DNA of 64,000 bases from Hyphochytrium catenoides (taxonomy: Eukaryota; Protista; Hyphochytriomycota). The notes under the pieces are model-generated. The model had not been told where the DNA came from and made no database searches. It was given only the letters and a program-made list of their open reading frames with translations. The stretch spans positions 39,868 through 103,867 of the forward strand of contig FLMG01003035.1 in NCBI GenBank assembly GCA_900088475.1, given 5' to 3'. The position numbers and the translations under genes were made by a program. The stretch's first letter is position 1, and the number at the start of each line of letters is the position of its first letter. Of the stretch, positions 35,940 through 49,297 are shown piece by piece.

Positions 35940-37700
35940 TCATTTAGCGTAGAGATAGTGAGAGATCTGCACCTCTTCTCCAACGTCTGCGTAGTCACCA
36001 GCGTATCTCTGTGATCGGAACTCGCGCCAGTTGATGGGATGATAGACTGGATCGTCCCCTGAGTTAAGGCACTGCGGAAGTGGCCTGACTACGGCTGAGT
36101 AAGAGGGATTATAAAAGAAAGGTGCACTGTGCCGTTCTTTGTCAGTGCTAGCCAACACTCTATGGACTGGAGCTTTGTACTGGTTATTCGACCAAACCTA
36201 CGGGAGAGACGGGAGAAGTTGATTTCAGTACTGGGAGATTAAGAAGTGACGGTTCCTGCACTGTACCTGCATCATGTCGCCTATGTTTACCACGAAAGTT
36301 CCTTTGCGGAGGGCGGTAAGCAGCCCATGGAACAAGTGAGAAAGCCAGGGGGAAGAGAAAGAGGCCTCCAAGTTAATGAAGAGAATGTGTTTGATAGAAG
36401 GCGCTGAAAAGCAAGAAAAAAACGGAAAGGCTGGGAGACGTAGAATGCAGCAACGACAAGGAGAGGACGTGGCCACCACGATACAAAGCAAGCGTTGGAG
36501 ATGATGGGAAATACTGAAGTCAGGGAAATAAGGTTGAGACAGTGGAAAGAGCCCCAATCCAGGTAGAATCTGACAACCAGCGCGTAGGAAAAGGTGGAGG
36601 AAGGAGGATACAGCAGTTATAGTAGTAGAGAGACTTAGAAGAGACGTCAAGCCGTTCTAGCTTGTTCTTGAAAGAGGCGAGATAGCCTCCTCTAGAGGTT
36701 GAAAAGAACAGTCTTACCTGACTTTGGATGTACATCGTAGTACTTTCCATCTCGCTCTACCTGCAAAGCAACCCGTTCATCATCCTGTAGGAGGAGGGTC
36801 AGAACCCCTGCGTCCGTGTGATGGTGAACGCCGAGACGGGAGTTATCCTCTGAAGGATCCTGGCAAGGCGGGTAGTAGTTTAGCCTTAAAAAGCTTGTGT
36901 CGTCCCCAAGGAAGAATGAGTTCAAGGCGTCACGTTGTGCCCCTAGAGATAGAGCAACAGCCTCCAGAAGCTTCTGAGACAACTTGCGCAACAGCTAAGT
37001 CCGACAGGCCCGAGGCGCAAAGGGAAGAGGGAGGTGGTGCGCCGAAGGTGAGAGAGAGAGGACAATCCCAGCAAAAATGGAGACGTCGAGGTGAGCGATA
37101 GGTTACTGGGACGCAAATACTAATTCTTCGTTCCTCTACAAGCCAACATTATGCTACTCACCTCAAAATATCCCTCCATACAGGCTCGAAAGCAGGGTAG
37201 CACCGTTTCGTCTGGCCACTGGTTGAAGCCATCGAGACCTTCTTTGTCTAGTGAACCGTGCTGGGCGCCAAAGTCAAAGCCTTCTTTGGCATCCAGTTTC
37301 TGCTTGGTCAGCTCATTGTCAAAGTATCCTCGTGAGTTACTCTAATGGATTTTGTCAATGCGTTAGCTAGGTCAGGCAGGACGTTTGCTGGTTGAGGTGA
37401 GCTGCCCACCTCGTCGCGTGCGACACGATGTTTAAAGCTCTTGGGACTCTGGAAAAAGAGACGACTTTGTTCTCTGAACTCTTCAATGGTCTCATGGGCT
37501 ATGCCGTGATTTATTACGTAAAAGAAGCCCCAGTCTCGACAGGCTGTTCTAAGTTCCTTTAACAATTTCGCCCACGAAGGTAGTCCCTGGGCATCCACAG
37601 CAGACCTCGGGAGATTCTCGTCGGCCTTGGCATCAGTTAAAAGGGAGATATCTATCACTGGCACAGCGCCCAAGTCTGGGATCCCTCCGTGAAGCTCCAT
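35940..37700 (-). CDS. 2-oxoglutarate/Fe(II)-dependent oxygenase (IPNS/DIOX-like), 5 coding exons
   Basis: VPVIDIS, ACRDWGFFYVINHGI, RLNYYPPC, HTD (HxD) AGVLTLL, FVVNIGDMMQVWSNNQYKAPVHRV and RHS (RxS) APFFYNP. Confidence 0.92.
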
Positions 37701-38503
37701 TCTAGGGCGTTGCCGGGAAGCCACTGTCGCGTTGTGTCCTGTCCAAAGCCCTACTGCCTACTGCATTACCTGTGCTTCACCACGCACTGAAGATAGCCTT
37801 TTGACAATTGCAGGGTCACAGACACAACCAAGCTGAGCTTCAGGTTGAGAACGTCGATTCAGACCTTCTATTTATTGCCCTACCGCACAGACAAAGGCTC
37901 TTGGGTGCAGATCAATCTCTGTCATCTATCATCGAACCAGTTGTCATCATCGGCTGATTGTGAAGCTTCGAAACAGATAAACCTGAAGCTTCAGAATCAT
38001 ACTAGCCGTTAGCCGCAATTATCATATCTGTAGATAACCCAGATGCCATGGAGTGTAGATTGGGTCTAACGCTAACATACGGGAATCCGACCCGTGAATA
38101 ACTCGGGCTTACCCAGGTTTGGCTGGGGCAGATGGCTAGTTGATGATGGCAGAGAAGGACAGCGGTTCCTCTTCCTCTTCCGTCTCTTCCCTCTCTCTCT
38201 CCCTGCCTCTCTCCCTCCCTCTCTCCCTCTCTCTCTCCATCTCCCTCCCGCTCGCTCTCCCTCTCTCCCCCGCTCTCTCTCCCTGTCCCTCCCTCTCTCT
38301 CCAACGGTAATAGGAGCGTCGCCTCAAGGACAGCTTCGGACAAGCCTTTCTTCCTCCTGCCTGCCTAGTGTATTAGTAAGAGGCAGTGGTATGCTACATC
38401 GCGCACCCGCATTGATGGCGGCAGAACGGAGTGAGGGCTGAGAAGTGCGACGAGACTGGGGATAGAAAGTCCCTGGTTACCTCGCCAGCAGCTAGGGATA
38501 GTG

Positions 38504-41500
38504 ATGCTGGGCGTAAGGCACTGCGGCCTATCACTGGGATGGGCCTATCGTTTGGTAAGCCAGAAAGACTCAAGTGCTTGCGTGGCACGGTCTGCTTGCT
38601 TTGGAGAGTTAACGACTTCGGCACGTTTGTTAGGCCGGAGCGAGGAACCTATTTTCCATACGAGGGAGCCGGCGCCACCTTCCCCTCGGTGCTGCTCAAG
38701 CTCTTACCTCTACGGTTGAGAGGAGAAGAGCCGAGAGCAGGTTGGTGACATGAGGAGAGGAAGAAAAGGTGCTTGGCCAGTGAAGCTGGCAGCAATCAGA
38801 AGAGATGAGAGAAGCGAAGCAATTGTGTGTGGACGGAGGAAGCTAGCCACGAGTTGACACGGGGAGAGGAAGACTAGCGAGAAAAATGAGAAAGAATGGA
38901 GAGGAAGGAAGGGGAAGAACGGGAGGAAGACATGGGCTAGGGAAGGACCAGAATTCACGCATAAGGAAGCCGCAGGAGGAATCTGAGCCAAAGTTTGAGA
39001 AGGGAGATAGACAGAGCTGATCATTGAAGAGAGAGAGAGACACACACACACAGTTGAAGGGCAACCAGGGAGAGGAAGTGAGAGACGGGTCTCTGGAAGA
39101 CGGAGAGGAACTGAGAGAAAGAGATGTCTCTTCTTCTGAGCTCTTCCGTGGCAGACATTTTTCAAAGAAAGCGGGCGCCGATTTCGCTGCTCGATTAGAG
39201 GATGCTCTGGACGTCGTCCCGGTGGAAAACATTAGGAACTTTTCAATTATCGCTCATATTGACCACGGAAAGTCGGTAAGGTACCGTCTCCGTAGCCATC
39301 GAGGCGCTGCCCTCTCGATGTCGCTCCCTACCTCGAACCCTCGCTGCCTTTCACTTCCCTCTCTGAGTACTCTTCTCTCCCTTCTCTCATCAGCATATTG
39401 TTCTTCCCTTCTTTCTATCTTCCCTTCTCATCTCAGCCTTTCCTGGTTTGTGGAAGGCTGCGTTTGAAGCTCTTTGTCTCCCCGTGAACCTCCACGATAT
39501 TCAACAATCTCTTTCGTCTTCACCAGCTTACCACCTCCTTCCACCTTCCCTTTACCTTGCCCAGACGTTGGCGGATAGGTTGCTAGAACTCAGCGGGAAC
39601 ATATCTTCCGCTCACGGAGAAAAGGCGCAATATTTAGACAACCTCGCGGTAAGCCTTAGCGATCCTCTTATACTCTCGCTCTTTCTTTCTCACTCTCTCT
39701 GCAACCTTCTTTGATGATCTCCTGCCTCTCATTTCTGGCAATATCCGCTTGGGCTCGTGGTCCTCTGTCATTTTAGCAGATTATCAATTACTCTCTCTAC
39801 GTGGATCATTCCTCATGTTGCGCACGGATGCTATTTTTATGAGCAAATGATCACCGCTTGCCTACGACTTTTTGTTCTCAGCAGTGCCATCTCCTTACTA
39901 GCCTGCTAACTTCTATATGTATGGACCTATAGGTGGAACGAGAACGTGGAATCACTGTGAAAGCTCAAACGGCGTCAATGCTTTACAAAGATAAAGACAC
40001 TGGCGAACTGTATCTACTCAACCTTGTCGACACCCCAGGTCAGCAAACTGGAAAAAGGAAGAGAAGAAGATGCTGAGAATGGCATCGGTGCTACAATCTA
40101 TGCAGTGCACAGAGAGCACGTCAAACTTTAACTCTGCTACACGGCGAGTCCTCTTTCGCTCTCACTCGTGCCATTGTGTCCTTGGGCAAGTCCACACACT
40201 CTTGTTATTGAGTCTTTCTCTAGTATGCTCTTCCTTTGTCTCTGTATTTGTTGTTAGGAGCTCTGATGATGCTAAACAGGTCATGTGGACTTTAGCTATG
40301 AAGTTAGCCGCTCTTTGGCTGCATGCCAAGGTGCACTGTTGCTGGTAGATGCCTCTCAAGGAGTACAGGTGATTCTCTCTTGCGCCATGGGTACAGTGTT
40401 CACCGTCATTCCTCTAAGTACCTACCCCTTCCTCTTGAGGAGCACTCCTTCTTTGCAGCTGTCCAGTCCTGTTGATCTCCTCTGTCATTCATAGGCACTA
40501 GCGTTCCATTTGTGGCCATTAGTTCTTGAGCTGCCCGAACCTTTCTTTCCGCCAAAATAAGCTCGCGTAACAGAACGTGCCTTTTGACTCTTATGCGTCT
40601 CAGGCCCAAACCCTTGCCAACTTTCGCGCCGCGCAAAAGGCGAACCTAGAGGTCCTGCCCGTTGTGACCAAAATAGATCTTCCCCACGCAGATCCGGACG
40701 AGGTGACTCTTTCTATGTGCACCGCGTTTGGTAAGGGACATAGTCACTTCTACCTGTCCATCCGTCCTTGCCGTTGATACCCTAGTCTACTTCTCATACA
40801 AAAAGGCGCTTGGCTATGCTTGTTCACCTTCTTCGATAGATCTGGAGCCGGATCTTGTCGTGCAATGCTCCGGGAAGACGGGAAAAGGCGTCCCGGACCT
40901 CTTCCCAGCCGTCGTGAAGTCAATTCCTCCCCCTACCGCCGATAGAGGAGGACCCTTACGATGCTATATCTTTGACTCGATCTTCGATGACTACCGCGGA
41001 GTCATTTGCCTCGTTAAGGTATGTTTCCTTTTCACCGCCCCTCTCAGTTCGTACAGGCATATCGCACTAATCTCTCCTGTGTCCCTTGTGCCTCTTGTCC
41101 AACTCATCTCAAGACTAAGCTTTTCCCTCACTCTTCCAGGTTGTTGATGGAGCGTTGACTCCTGGCACTTTGATTGAAAGCGTCAGCACAGGCCAAAAGT
41201 ACGAAGTCCACGAGGTAATTCATCTGTCGGCCTATCGCTCTCTAACCTCGTCTGGCAATCTCCTTCTTCTCCTTGTCTCTTGGTGTCAAACACTCTTGGC
41301 GTGGTCACCACGTTATCTACTAGACATGTTAGCATCTTTCTTTGACGCTCTTCGCTTTATTCTTCTCTTGATCCCTTATTGGCAATACGAGCCAAGTGGC
41401 TTCGTTGGTGACAGCTGCAGGACTAAACCTCCCATCAATCCTTCCTTTCAGGTGGGCGTGTTGACTCCTGAGCGGCACAAGGTAAAGAAACTTAAGGCTG

Positions 41501-44414
41501 GACATGTTGGGTATATGATCCCCGGGATGAAGACGACACAGGAGGCAAAGGTCAGGCACTCCATCGTCATCTTTGCTAATGTGCTATATTATCTTTCCTA
41601 ATGTGCTTGCAGGATTAACTCTTGGTAGTAGCGCTCAGCCGTTCTTGAGTTCTCTCTGCTCATTTATCGCGGACACTTTTTATCTTGGCGTTTCCCTCAC
41701 TCATCTTATCACTCTCAAGAGTTTTATCTTCTGTCAGATCAGTGCCCGTGTTCCCCTATCGTCCTGCGTAGCTCTTGATCCCCTGTTTATCTGCAGCTGT
41801 CCCTACCCTGAGAGGCACATGGTAGACATACTGACTGCGCTACCTCTCTGTAACTCTCTATCTCTTTCTACTCCTTTACTTGTCCTTGCGTATGCGCTGG
41901 ATCACTGAAGATAGGGGACACCATCTTCGAAGCTGGCAAGCCAGTGGAGACACTGCCAGGATTAGAGGTTCAAAATATGCTTCTTCGTTACATCTTAGTC
42001 CTTTGACTGGCAAGCCTATTGACTACCTGCCGACGCGCTTGTCATAAGCGCTTCCTCTTAAATCTCTGCCCGGCGCTCTTCGGTCCCCACCTTTCTCTCT
42101 CACTCTAGGTTACCTCTCTATCTGCCCCATTCAAGACTGTCTCCAAACCTACTTATCTCATCTTTGGCCAATTGTAGAGCGCGAAAGCGATGGTATATGC
42201 CAGTATATACCCTATGGATAATTCACAGTTCGAAGACCTGAAGCAGGCGGTTGAGAAGCTTCTCCTCACCGATCCCAGCACCACAGTGTCGCCAGAGTCA
42301 ACTTCTGCCCTTGGCATGGGCCTCAGATGCGGCTTCCTAGGGCTCCTGCATATGGAGGTGAGAGTTCCTTTCAGCCTTGTCATTGTATAGAAACACTTAC
42401 TTTTCGGGTTAATTTGCTGACCATTGGTCCGCTCTTCTTTCCCGAGCTTAGAGAAGCTAGAAGAGATATTGTTTCCTCTTTACCTTGTTCCGTCAGAGGA
42501 AGTTTTTGATCTCTGTCCTCTGCGCAGGTCTTTCATCAACGACTGAGAGATGAGCACAACATGCAGGTGATAGTCACGGCGCCAATGGTACCGTTCAAGG
42601 TCAGTCCCTCTTCTCTTTGTCTTCTGTTCCTCCAGTTGGCTGAGCATGGATTGTATCCATTGCAGGTTGTCCATCCAGATGGACAGACGGAGATCATAGA
42701 GACTCCTGGAGACTTCCCTTATCGGCCAAAGTCCTCCTCATCGGGAGTGGCGAAGGTCTATGAGCCGATGGTGCGAACTTCCATCATCACTCCCGCGGAA
42801 TATTTAGGAGATCTTCTGCCTCTAATGAAGGTAAGAGGATCAGTGGGGGCTCTAATCCTTGGTCTGACCGTTTTCGGCGTAACCTCCTGGACTGGTGGAG
42901 CTTTAGTACCTGCTGTACCTCACGCGGTTGTCCCTTGTATTTATGTCGTCTGCTTTCCCATTCTCCTCCACCTCACCGGTCTACCCTCCTTCGAACTCCA
43001 GGAGCGGCGAGGAACCCAGGAAGACATAAAATACATAGACGACATGACCGTCATTTTGGTCTATAGAATGCCCTGGCAAGAAGTAGTCACAGACTTCTTT
43101 GACCAGCTAAAGACCTTGACAGCCGGCTACGGTGCGGACTAGTGACCATCTTCTCAGTCTTGGCCCATCTCCTTTGCCTATTATGTAGTCGCTTTTGCTA
43201 CCTACGACGGCGCGCACTCCCTTTCGCCTCATCTATTGCTGGGGCTGCGACGCTAACTTCACTCCTCGTCCTTCCAAAAGAGTAGCAAAGCTGAGGTTCT
43301 AGTCTCGGCCGCCTGGCGCTTCTCCTTCCACTCCATCACTCATCATTCTCTTCTTCGGACGAAGTCGTGACTCTTAACTCCGCCTAATCTCCTCTCACTT
43401 CTTCCTTTTTCCCACGTCTCTCACTTGCCGTGTCTGCCTTCGCTCCATCTCTTTGGTGACAGGCTCCTTTGACTACGAGGAGACAGAGCCTGAGCTGGCA
43501 GATATGGTAAAGGTTGACATGTCACTTAACGGGAAGAAAGTGGATGCGCTCTCCTTTGTTTGTCACAGAAGCAAGGTAAGCTTGAACGGCAAGATTCACG
43601 CCGTCTATTGCTGCCATGGCGTTCTCCTGCAACAGCATCGCCCGTACTACACTATGCATTCGTGTATGTGGGCGGGGATATCCTTCCATCCCTGGTCCAG
43701 CGCTGCCATTTGTTTGCTATCCTACTTTTCTCGTCGTTAAAACCCATATGCCGGCCGCTGTATTTCCTTCCCCTCACTCTGACGTTTATCCAGGCGGAAG
43801 TAATGGGCCGTCGTATTGCATTGAAGTTGAAGAGCGTGATAGATAGGCAGCAGTTTGAGATCAACATACAGGCGAGCATTGGGACTAAAGTCTTCGCAAA
43901 GGAGAGGATCCCACCATATAGAAAGGTACTGGGAAGACTTGCAGATGCCATCTCTTCGTTCTAATCCTCTTTCCCTTTCTGGTGGTTACGGACAAATTGG
44001 CTGCAAGCCCAAAGCGACCTCACCCTTTTACCTTCTGCCAATCCTTCTGGCCCCAAATGGCTTTCCATTTCCACCTCAGCACTCTCTTTTTCTTGCTTCT
44101 CTAATATTGTTGCATCTTGTCCCTAGCAGCAGCTCAGCTGAGCTGTTCTCGTATCCTATGCAATGTCCTCAAATCTGTGCATTAGCGCTCGACGTTTGTC
44201 TTTTCATGCAAAGCCGGGCACGACGGGTCAGCTTAACGCTCCTTTTTGCGAACTCCAGGATGTGCTGATCAAGTCAGGAAAGCAGGTTGGAGGAGGAGAC
44301 ATTACTCGGAAGAAGAAGCTTTTAGAGAAACAGAAGGCAGGGAAGAAGAGGATGAAGACAGTTGGAAACGTGCAACTATCGCAGGACGCGTTCTGGTCCG
44401 TCATGGGCAGATAG
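38504..44414 (+). CDS. GUF1: Translation factor GUF1/LepA (EF4), probably mitochondrial; start uncertain, conserved part begins about 39220
   Basis: [15 protein letters not shown]|[26 protein letters not shown]|[27 protein letters not shown] and [22 protein letters not shown]; GT-AG introns. Confidence 0.93.
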
Positions 44415-44686
44415 CTCTGTCCCTCGGCCATATTCTAAGTAGCATGCTACTGTGTGCATGCGGGCTCTCTTTCTCGGCTTGGATATTAGCCCATTAGAAG
44501 GGTGGGTAAGGGTGCTGCTGAAGCGCGGAACTGTCATTGATTGAGAAGAGCGCTCACGCGGTACGAAGCACTTAATGATATGGCTTGAGGAGAGAAGCAC
44601 CGAACAAAGAGTGATCACAAGCTTGTGACTCCTCTTTGCAGCTCCTTTATGCTCCACCATGGTTCTATCTCGATACTAATAGATAA

Positions 44687-47600
44687 CTAGAAAGCATCGA
44701 TAAAGCAAGGAGCGTGATCTGATACTCTCCCTTGTCTCCCTTGGTAACCCTGCAACTTTCTCTCATACTTCTCCTTCAAATCATGAGCGATCCCAGCATT
44801 TGTAACTCTTCGATAGACAGGTTTGCTGGGGCACAGGGGAGGTTAGTTCAATCGAGCCAACATCTAAAGGGCGGTTCCCCATTTCAGACTCAGATTGAAA
44901 GCAGCTGCCAGGAAGAGGCATATAGAGGAAGTTGAGAGAGGATTCTAATTGGCAGGAAGGAGGTAGTGAGTACCCGCTCTGAGAACATGCTATACCTGAC
45001 GCAAATGTGGTCAATGAGGACCTGCTTGTCCTCAACTCCGTCAATAGGGTCATAGAAAGACGCCGTCCACTGATCTGCTGGGTTCACAAACCTACAAATG
45101 ATGGTTACCACAGGCCAAGATATAGAGACAAGAGACGACCAGCGGGCTCATGGTACTCTATGATCAAACAAGCAATCGCTAGACATATCGCCTTTACCTC
45201 TTATGTATCAGTATTGGCTGCAGAAGCTTTTTCTGGTAGAAGGGAGACCCTAACAGGGCCTCAACGCTATCAAAGAGCAGGTAATATTCCTCGAAAAAGT
45301 CCATACCAGGACCGTCATTAAGGTCCCCCGCCACGATCACCAAAGGATCTATTGCATAAAAATGGACAAGATCTTGCGTGAGGAGAAACTCATTAAGGTC
45401 ATAATGACAGAAAGTAATATGGTGAAGGGCAGCATGGCGGAAAAAAGAACGAATGTGCTCGAAGTCTGGAGGAAGATTGTTACGGTGCAGCGACTAGGCT
45501 ATGGAAGGGCAACCAGGACGAACCTTTTTCCTTGCTGAAGATGCACTGGTCTATACACTTCCGAAGCCGGGCGCTAAAAGCAACATGCAAGGAAGGGGTT
45601 ACTAGGAGAAGAACTGATCCCAGAAGATTTGGATATCAAAGCGCATTGCGGAGGGAAAGTGCATAAAGGACAGCGGTAACCCAGCCTGCGAAGTTACGAA
45701 GTCGTAGCCTGGGCATGAACCCAGGAAAATGGGCCGTATTGCAAGGAGAAAGGGTATTACAGAGGAGGAGGTGACAGACCATTCAGCAGCGATACGCTTT
45801 CGGTTCTTCACTGCTTTCCTAATGAACTCTGAATTCTCATGGCTGTGGATACTGGCGCGCAGCTTTTCGGCTTTCTTGACGTGCTTAGACTTGCAGTGGA
45901 TGCCGATGAAGTAGATCTGTCGCTCTACCCCATCCACCATGACCTAGAAGTGACAAATGAAGTCAATCTAATGCTATCATCATCTTATCTTGGTGCTTGG
46001 CCCTTAAAACTTTACAATGACAACTCGGCAAGCGCAGCCCCACAGATTCTGACGTACCTGGCCCCTTACGACTAAAGGAACCCTAGTAAAGTGGTAACTC
46101 TGGACAACAAGGTCGCCGTCGATGTCAAACATCCACTCCTTGGAAAGGAAAGTATGAGTCTAGAAAGGAAAACGTATTAGTTCAAGATTGGAGTCAGTAG
46201 CATGTTCAAGTGTGTCCCTTCCTAGAGCTTTTCCATGGCCTGCAGTCTGTCTCTTCAGGCCGATTCTCTTCTCTTTCTTGCTATTCTTCATCCAGCTTTG
46301 CCGCCTTCCTCTGTCTCCCTCTCTAGTATATTTCTTGCCCTTCTATCTTACACTTTGCCGACTAACCTCCTCGTCTAGCTGAGGACAGCGAATGGGCCCG
46401 TCTCGCTTGACAATGATATAGATCCGCTGATGATCTCCATCAAGACCCCTTTGAGGCAGAGATCGTGTCAGACTAAGCAAACCAACAAGACCAATAAAGA
46501 CGGAAGAGACAGAAAGAGGGTTATATGGATGAATAGCGGGCCAAAAAGAGCGTAAGAAAACTCTACTAGAGAGACAGAGCATGAGGACACACCCGAAACA
46601 CTGATAGCCATCATCCAGAAACATTCTTACGAACTCTTGAAGTTGCGCAAGGTATTCTGGTCCCTCGACAACAATGAGAAGATCAGGATCAAGCTCCCGT
46701 ATAAGCCCACTTATTTGCTTGCAAAGTAACTTGGTGTCAACTATTCCACAGTCTGGGGCACCCGTGCGGAGATGAGAGAGGTAGAAAGACCAGATGAACG
46801 ACGCAGAGACAGCAGCGCGAAATATACGTCAGCAGTGACATGCTTATTGGGAGTGATAGAAAAGGAAGGCTTGAGAATGTCAACAGAGAGACTTTGGGAT
46901 CTGCCAACTGCCAGAGAAGTGAATAAGACAGAATGCCTCTAATCCTGATAAAACTCGTTTACAAGTAAGGTAGACGATACAGAGGCGATGGCTGACCGGG
47001 ATTGCTGGGAAGAAGCTGTGGAGGTAGGCCTGGTCTAAAGAATTGATACATCCATTCTACATTCCATGTTGCCACACGCACTTGTCCAGATGTGCTGTTT
47101 CTCCGTCGGACAGAAGATGCCCTGGGAGGCTTCGTAGCACCTGAAGAGTGCGTAACGTCAGTATGTTGACATGGATGCCATGTCTCTTTCTCTTCATTTG
47201 TCCTTTCCCTTCGTCACGTCCTTCCAAGGTCCTCAGATTCGGCATGCTAAACACGCCCGCTCAACATTAGGGCGCATCCTTCCCTCTTCCTAGTCTCTTT
47301 TTTGGCAAATATCGCTTCGTTCATATCCCACCACTTCCATCAGTTTATCACTTCCGTAGTGGAAGGCTCTTTCCTTTTTGCCCTAGGGTACCTGGTCATC
47401 ACCACCCGCAACCCAGGCACCGGAGAGGCTTACATTGCAAGGTGTTCGCTGTGACCACGCACGGAACCGCAGAAGGTGCTTGTAAAGGTGGAATAACAGC
47501 ACCAGGAACCTGAGAGGAACCTTGCATTTCTTGACCCGGTTCGTTTCCTATCCTTCCTGCTGCTTGCTGAAGTGCTAAGGTAGAGAGGGCGCCCTCCTCT

Positions 47601-48244
47601 TCCTCAAGTAGCTTTTGATAAGATTGGTGGATGAGATCGTCATGCGCACGCTGTCCTGACGCTGGCCAACCTCCTTGATTCTGAGGACCAGATCTTCTCC
47701 TGCGCTCTGTGTAATAAGGTCTATTACTTCCTTCGCTGTCCTCATATTCTTCCCTATCCTTGTTCCTTCCTCTGCGAGCAGGGCTCCAAGATAGGTAGCC
47801 TTCCGATGGAGAGAGTGAGAGATCTTCATCGTAAAAGGCTTCTTGCTTTCTTCTATACCGAGAACTACGTGAGGTTCTCCTTTCACCTCTTTCACGCCAA
47901 CTAGACCGCTCGGGGCTCCGTGAAGCGCTTCTAGATCTGGAGGCATGATGATGAGGAGAAAAGGGCGGCCCTTGGTGTCCCCTGCGGCCATACTCTCGTG
48001 CAGGAGAACTGGGTACGGACCGTGGGCCTGACCGCCTGGTATCCCGTTGATGCCGCGACTCCCTGCAGCCAGGGCTCGACCGCCCTGCAGCATGTCTAGG
48101 TCCTAACGGTAGTGGCGGCGACCGTGTGGCCGGTGGTAGGGATGGAACTTGCTCGTCACTATCTTCATCCTGAGATAGCTCCTCCTCGCTGCCAAAGGAT
48201 TCTCCTCGTAGACGAGCCGGTCCATTTCCAAGAGCGTCCATCAT
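44687..48244 (-). CDS. Endonuclease/exonuclease/phosphatase (EEP) family protein with about 280 aa Arg/Ser-rich N-terminus
   Basis: Spliced motifs VRVATWNVEWM, DPDLLIVVEGP, IGIHCKSK, NRKRIAAEC, IVAGDLNDGPGMDFFE, LIDHICVS and VSDHAP make up the DNase I-like catalytic set. Confidence 0.85.
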
Positions 48245-48845
48245 AAAAGAATGAGCTTATATTGGTTCCAAGTAACGATGTTCAGGTTAGGCGCAGCGAT
48301 CAATCACAGCTTATAGAAGTATGCCATCGGGCACCAACCAGATATACTCACTACCATCAGATCCATTCCTTTGCATTCGACTGCCGCCCAAAGAAGCGAT
48401 GAATAATATTAGAAAGCCTGAATGTGCCTGAAGAAGCAAGAGTTTATCTACCGATGAAGCTCAGAATCCGGCGCGTGGAGTCTTCAAAAATCTCAAGAAG
48501 TCCAACCCACAAGTCACACACAGAAAACGGGCAAGCGCCTTACAGACATTCCCCTGGAACTTCAAGTTAAGACAGCCGCAAACGTCAATCTATATGCAAT
48601 TAATCCCATATCAGAACCATTTTACTGTAATTGGGTTGATAACTAATTAGCTACACAAGGTTGCTGCTTCAGACCTCCTCCAGGGGCGCTTCTGATCGCC
48701 AACCAATGGAACGATGTCTGTGGCTGGTCTTCAGAACTCCACCAAAGTGGAGAAATCTGCAGACGCACTCATTGGATTCTGAAGCTTTCAACAGAGGCAG
48801 CAGGGGCCATTGACATAGAATCTTACACATATATATTTTGGAAAC
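48245..48845. promoter_or_regulatory. Short divergent intergenic region (likely bidirectional promoter) between the EEP gene and SNU13
   Basis: Head-to-head ATGs about 600 bp apart, with several CCAAT/ATTGG words (about 48261, 48703, 48771). Confidence 0.4.
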
Positions 48846-49297
48846 ATGTCGGAGCCAGCAGTCAATCCCAAGGCATACCCCTTGAGCGATGCTAAGCTCA
48901 CGGTCGCTATTCTGGATTTGATCCAGCAAGCCGCTAACTACAAGCAGCTGAAGAAGGGAGCCAATGAGGCCACCAAGACACTGAACCGTGGTATCTCGGA
49001 ATTCATTGTGATGGCAGCTGACGCCGAGCCACTCGAAATTTTACTTCACTTGCCCCTTCTGTGCGAAGACAAGGTACGACGTCACTAAGAAATTCCCTTG
49101 CATGACGTAGTTCTGACACACACTCTGTCTTTTTGCAGAATGTCCCCTACGTCTTTGTCCCATCCAAGATCGCTCTTGGCCGCGCTTGCGGTGTCTCAAG
49201 GCCAGTGATCGCGTGCTCTGTAACTAGCAACGACGCTTCGCAGTTGAAGTCCCAGATTACAAGCCTCCGGGAGCAGATCGAGCAGCTTCTTATCTAA
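48846..49297 (+). CDS. SNU13: SNU13/NHP2L1 (15.5K) kink-turn binding protein; intron 49074-49138
   Basis: [13 protein letters not shown]...[44 protein letters not shown]|[29 protein letters not shown]...EQLLI*. Confidence 0.97.

Noticed and set aside
48249-48256. GCTCATTC, similar to the oomycete initiator element, on the minus strand
   Set aside because: Only 4 nt from the ATG and the downstream FPR part does not match; insufficient support.
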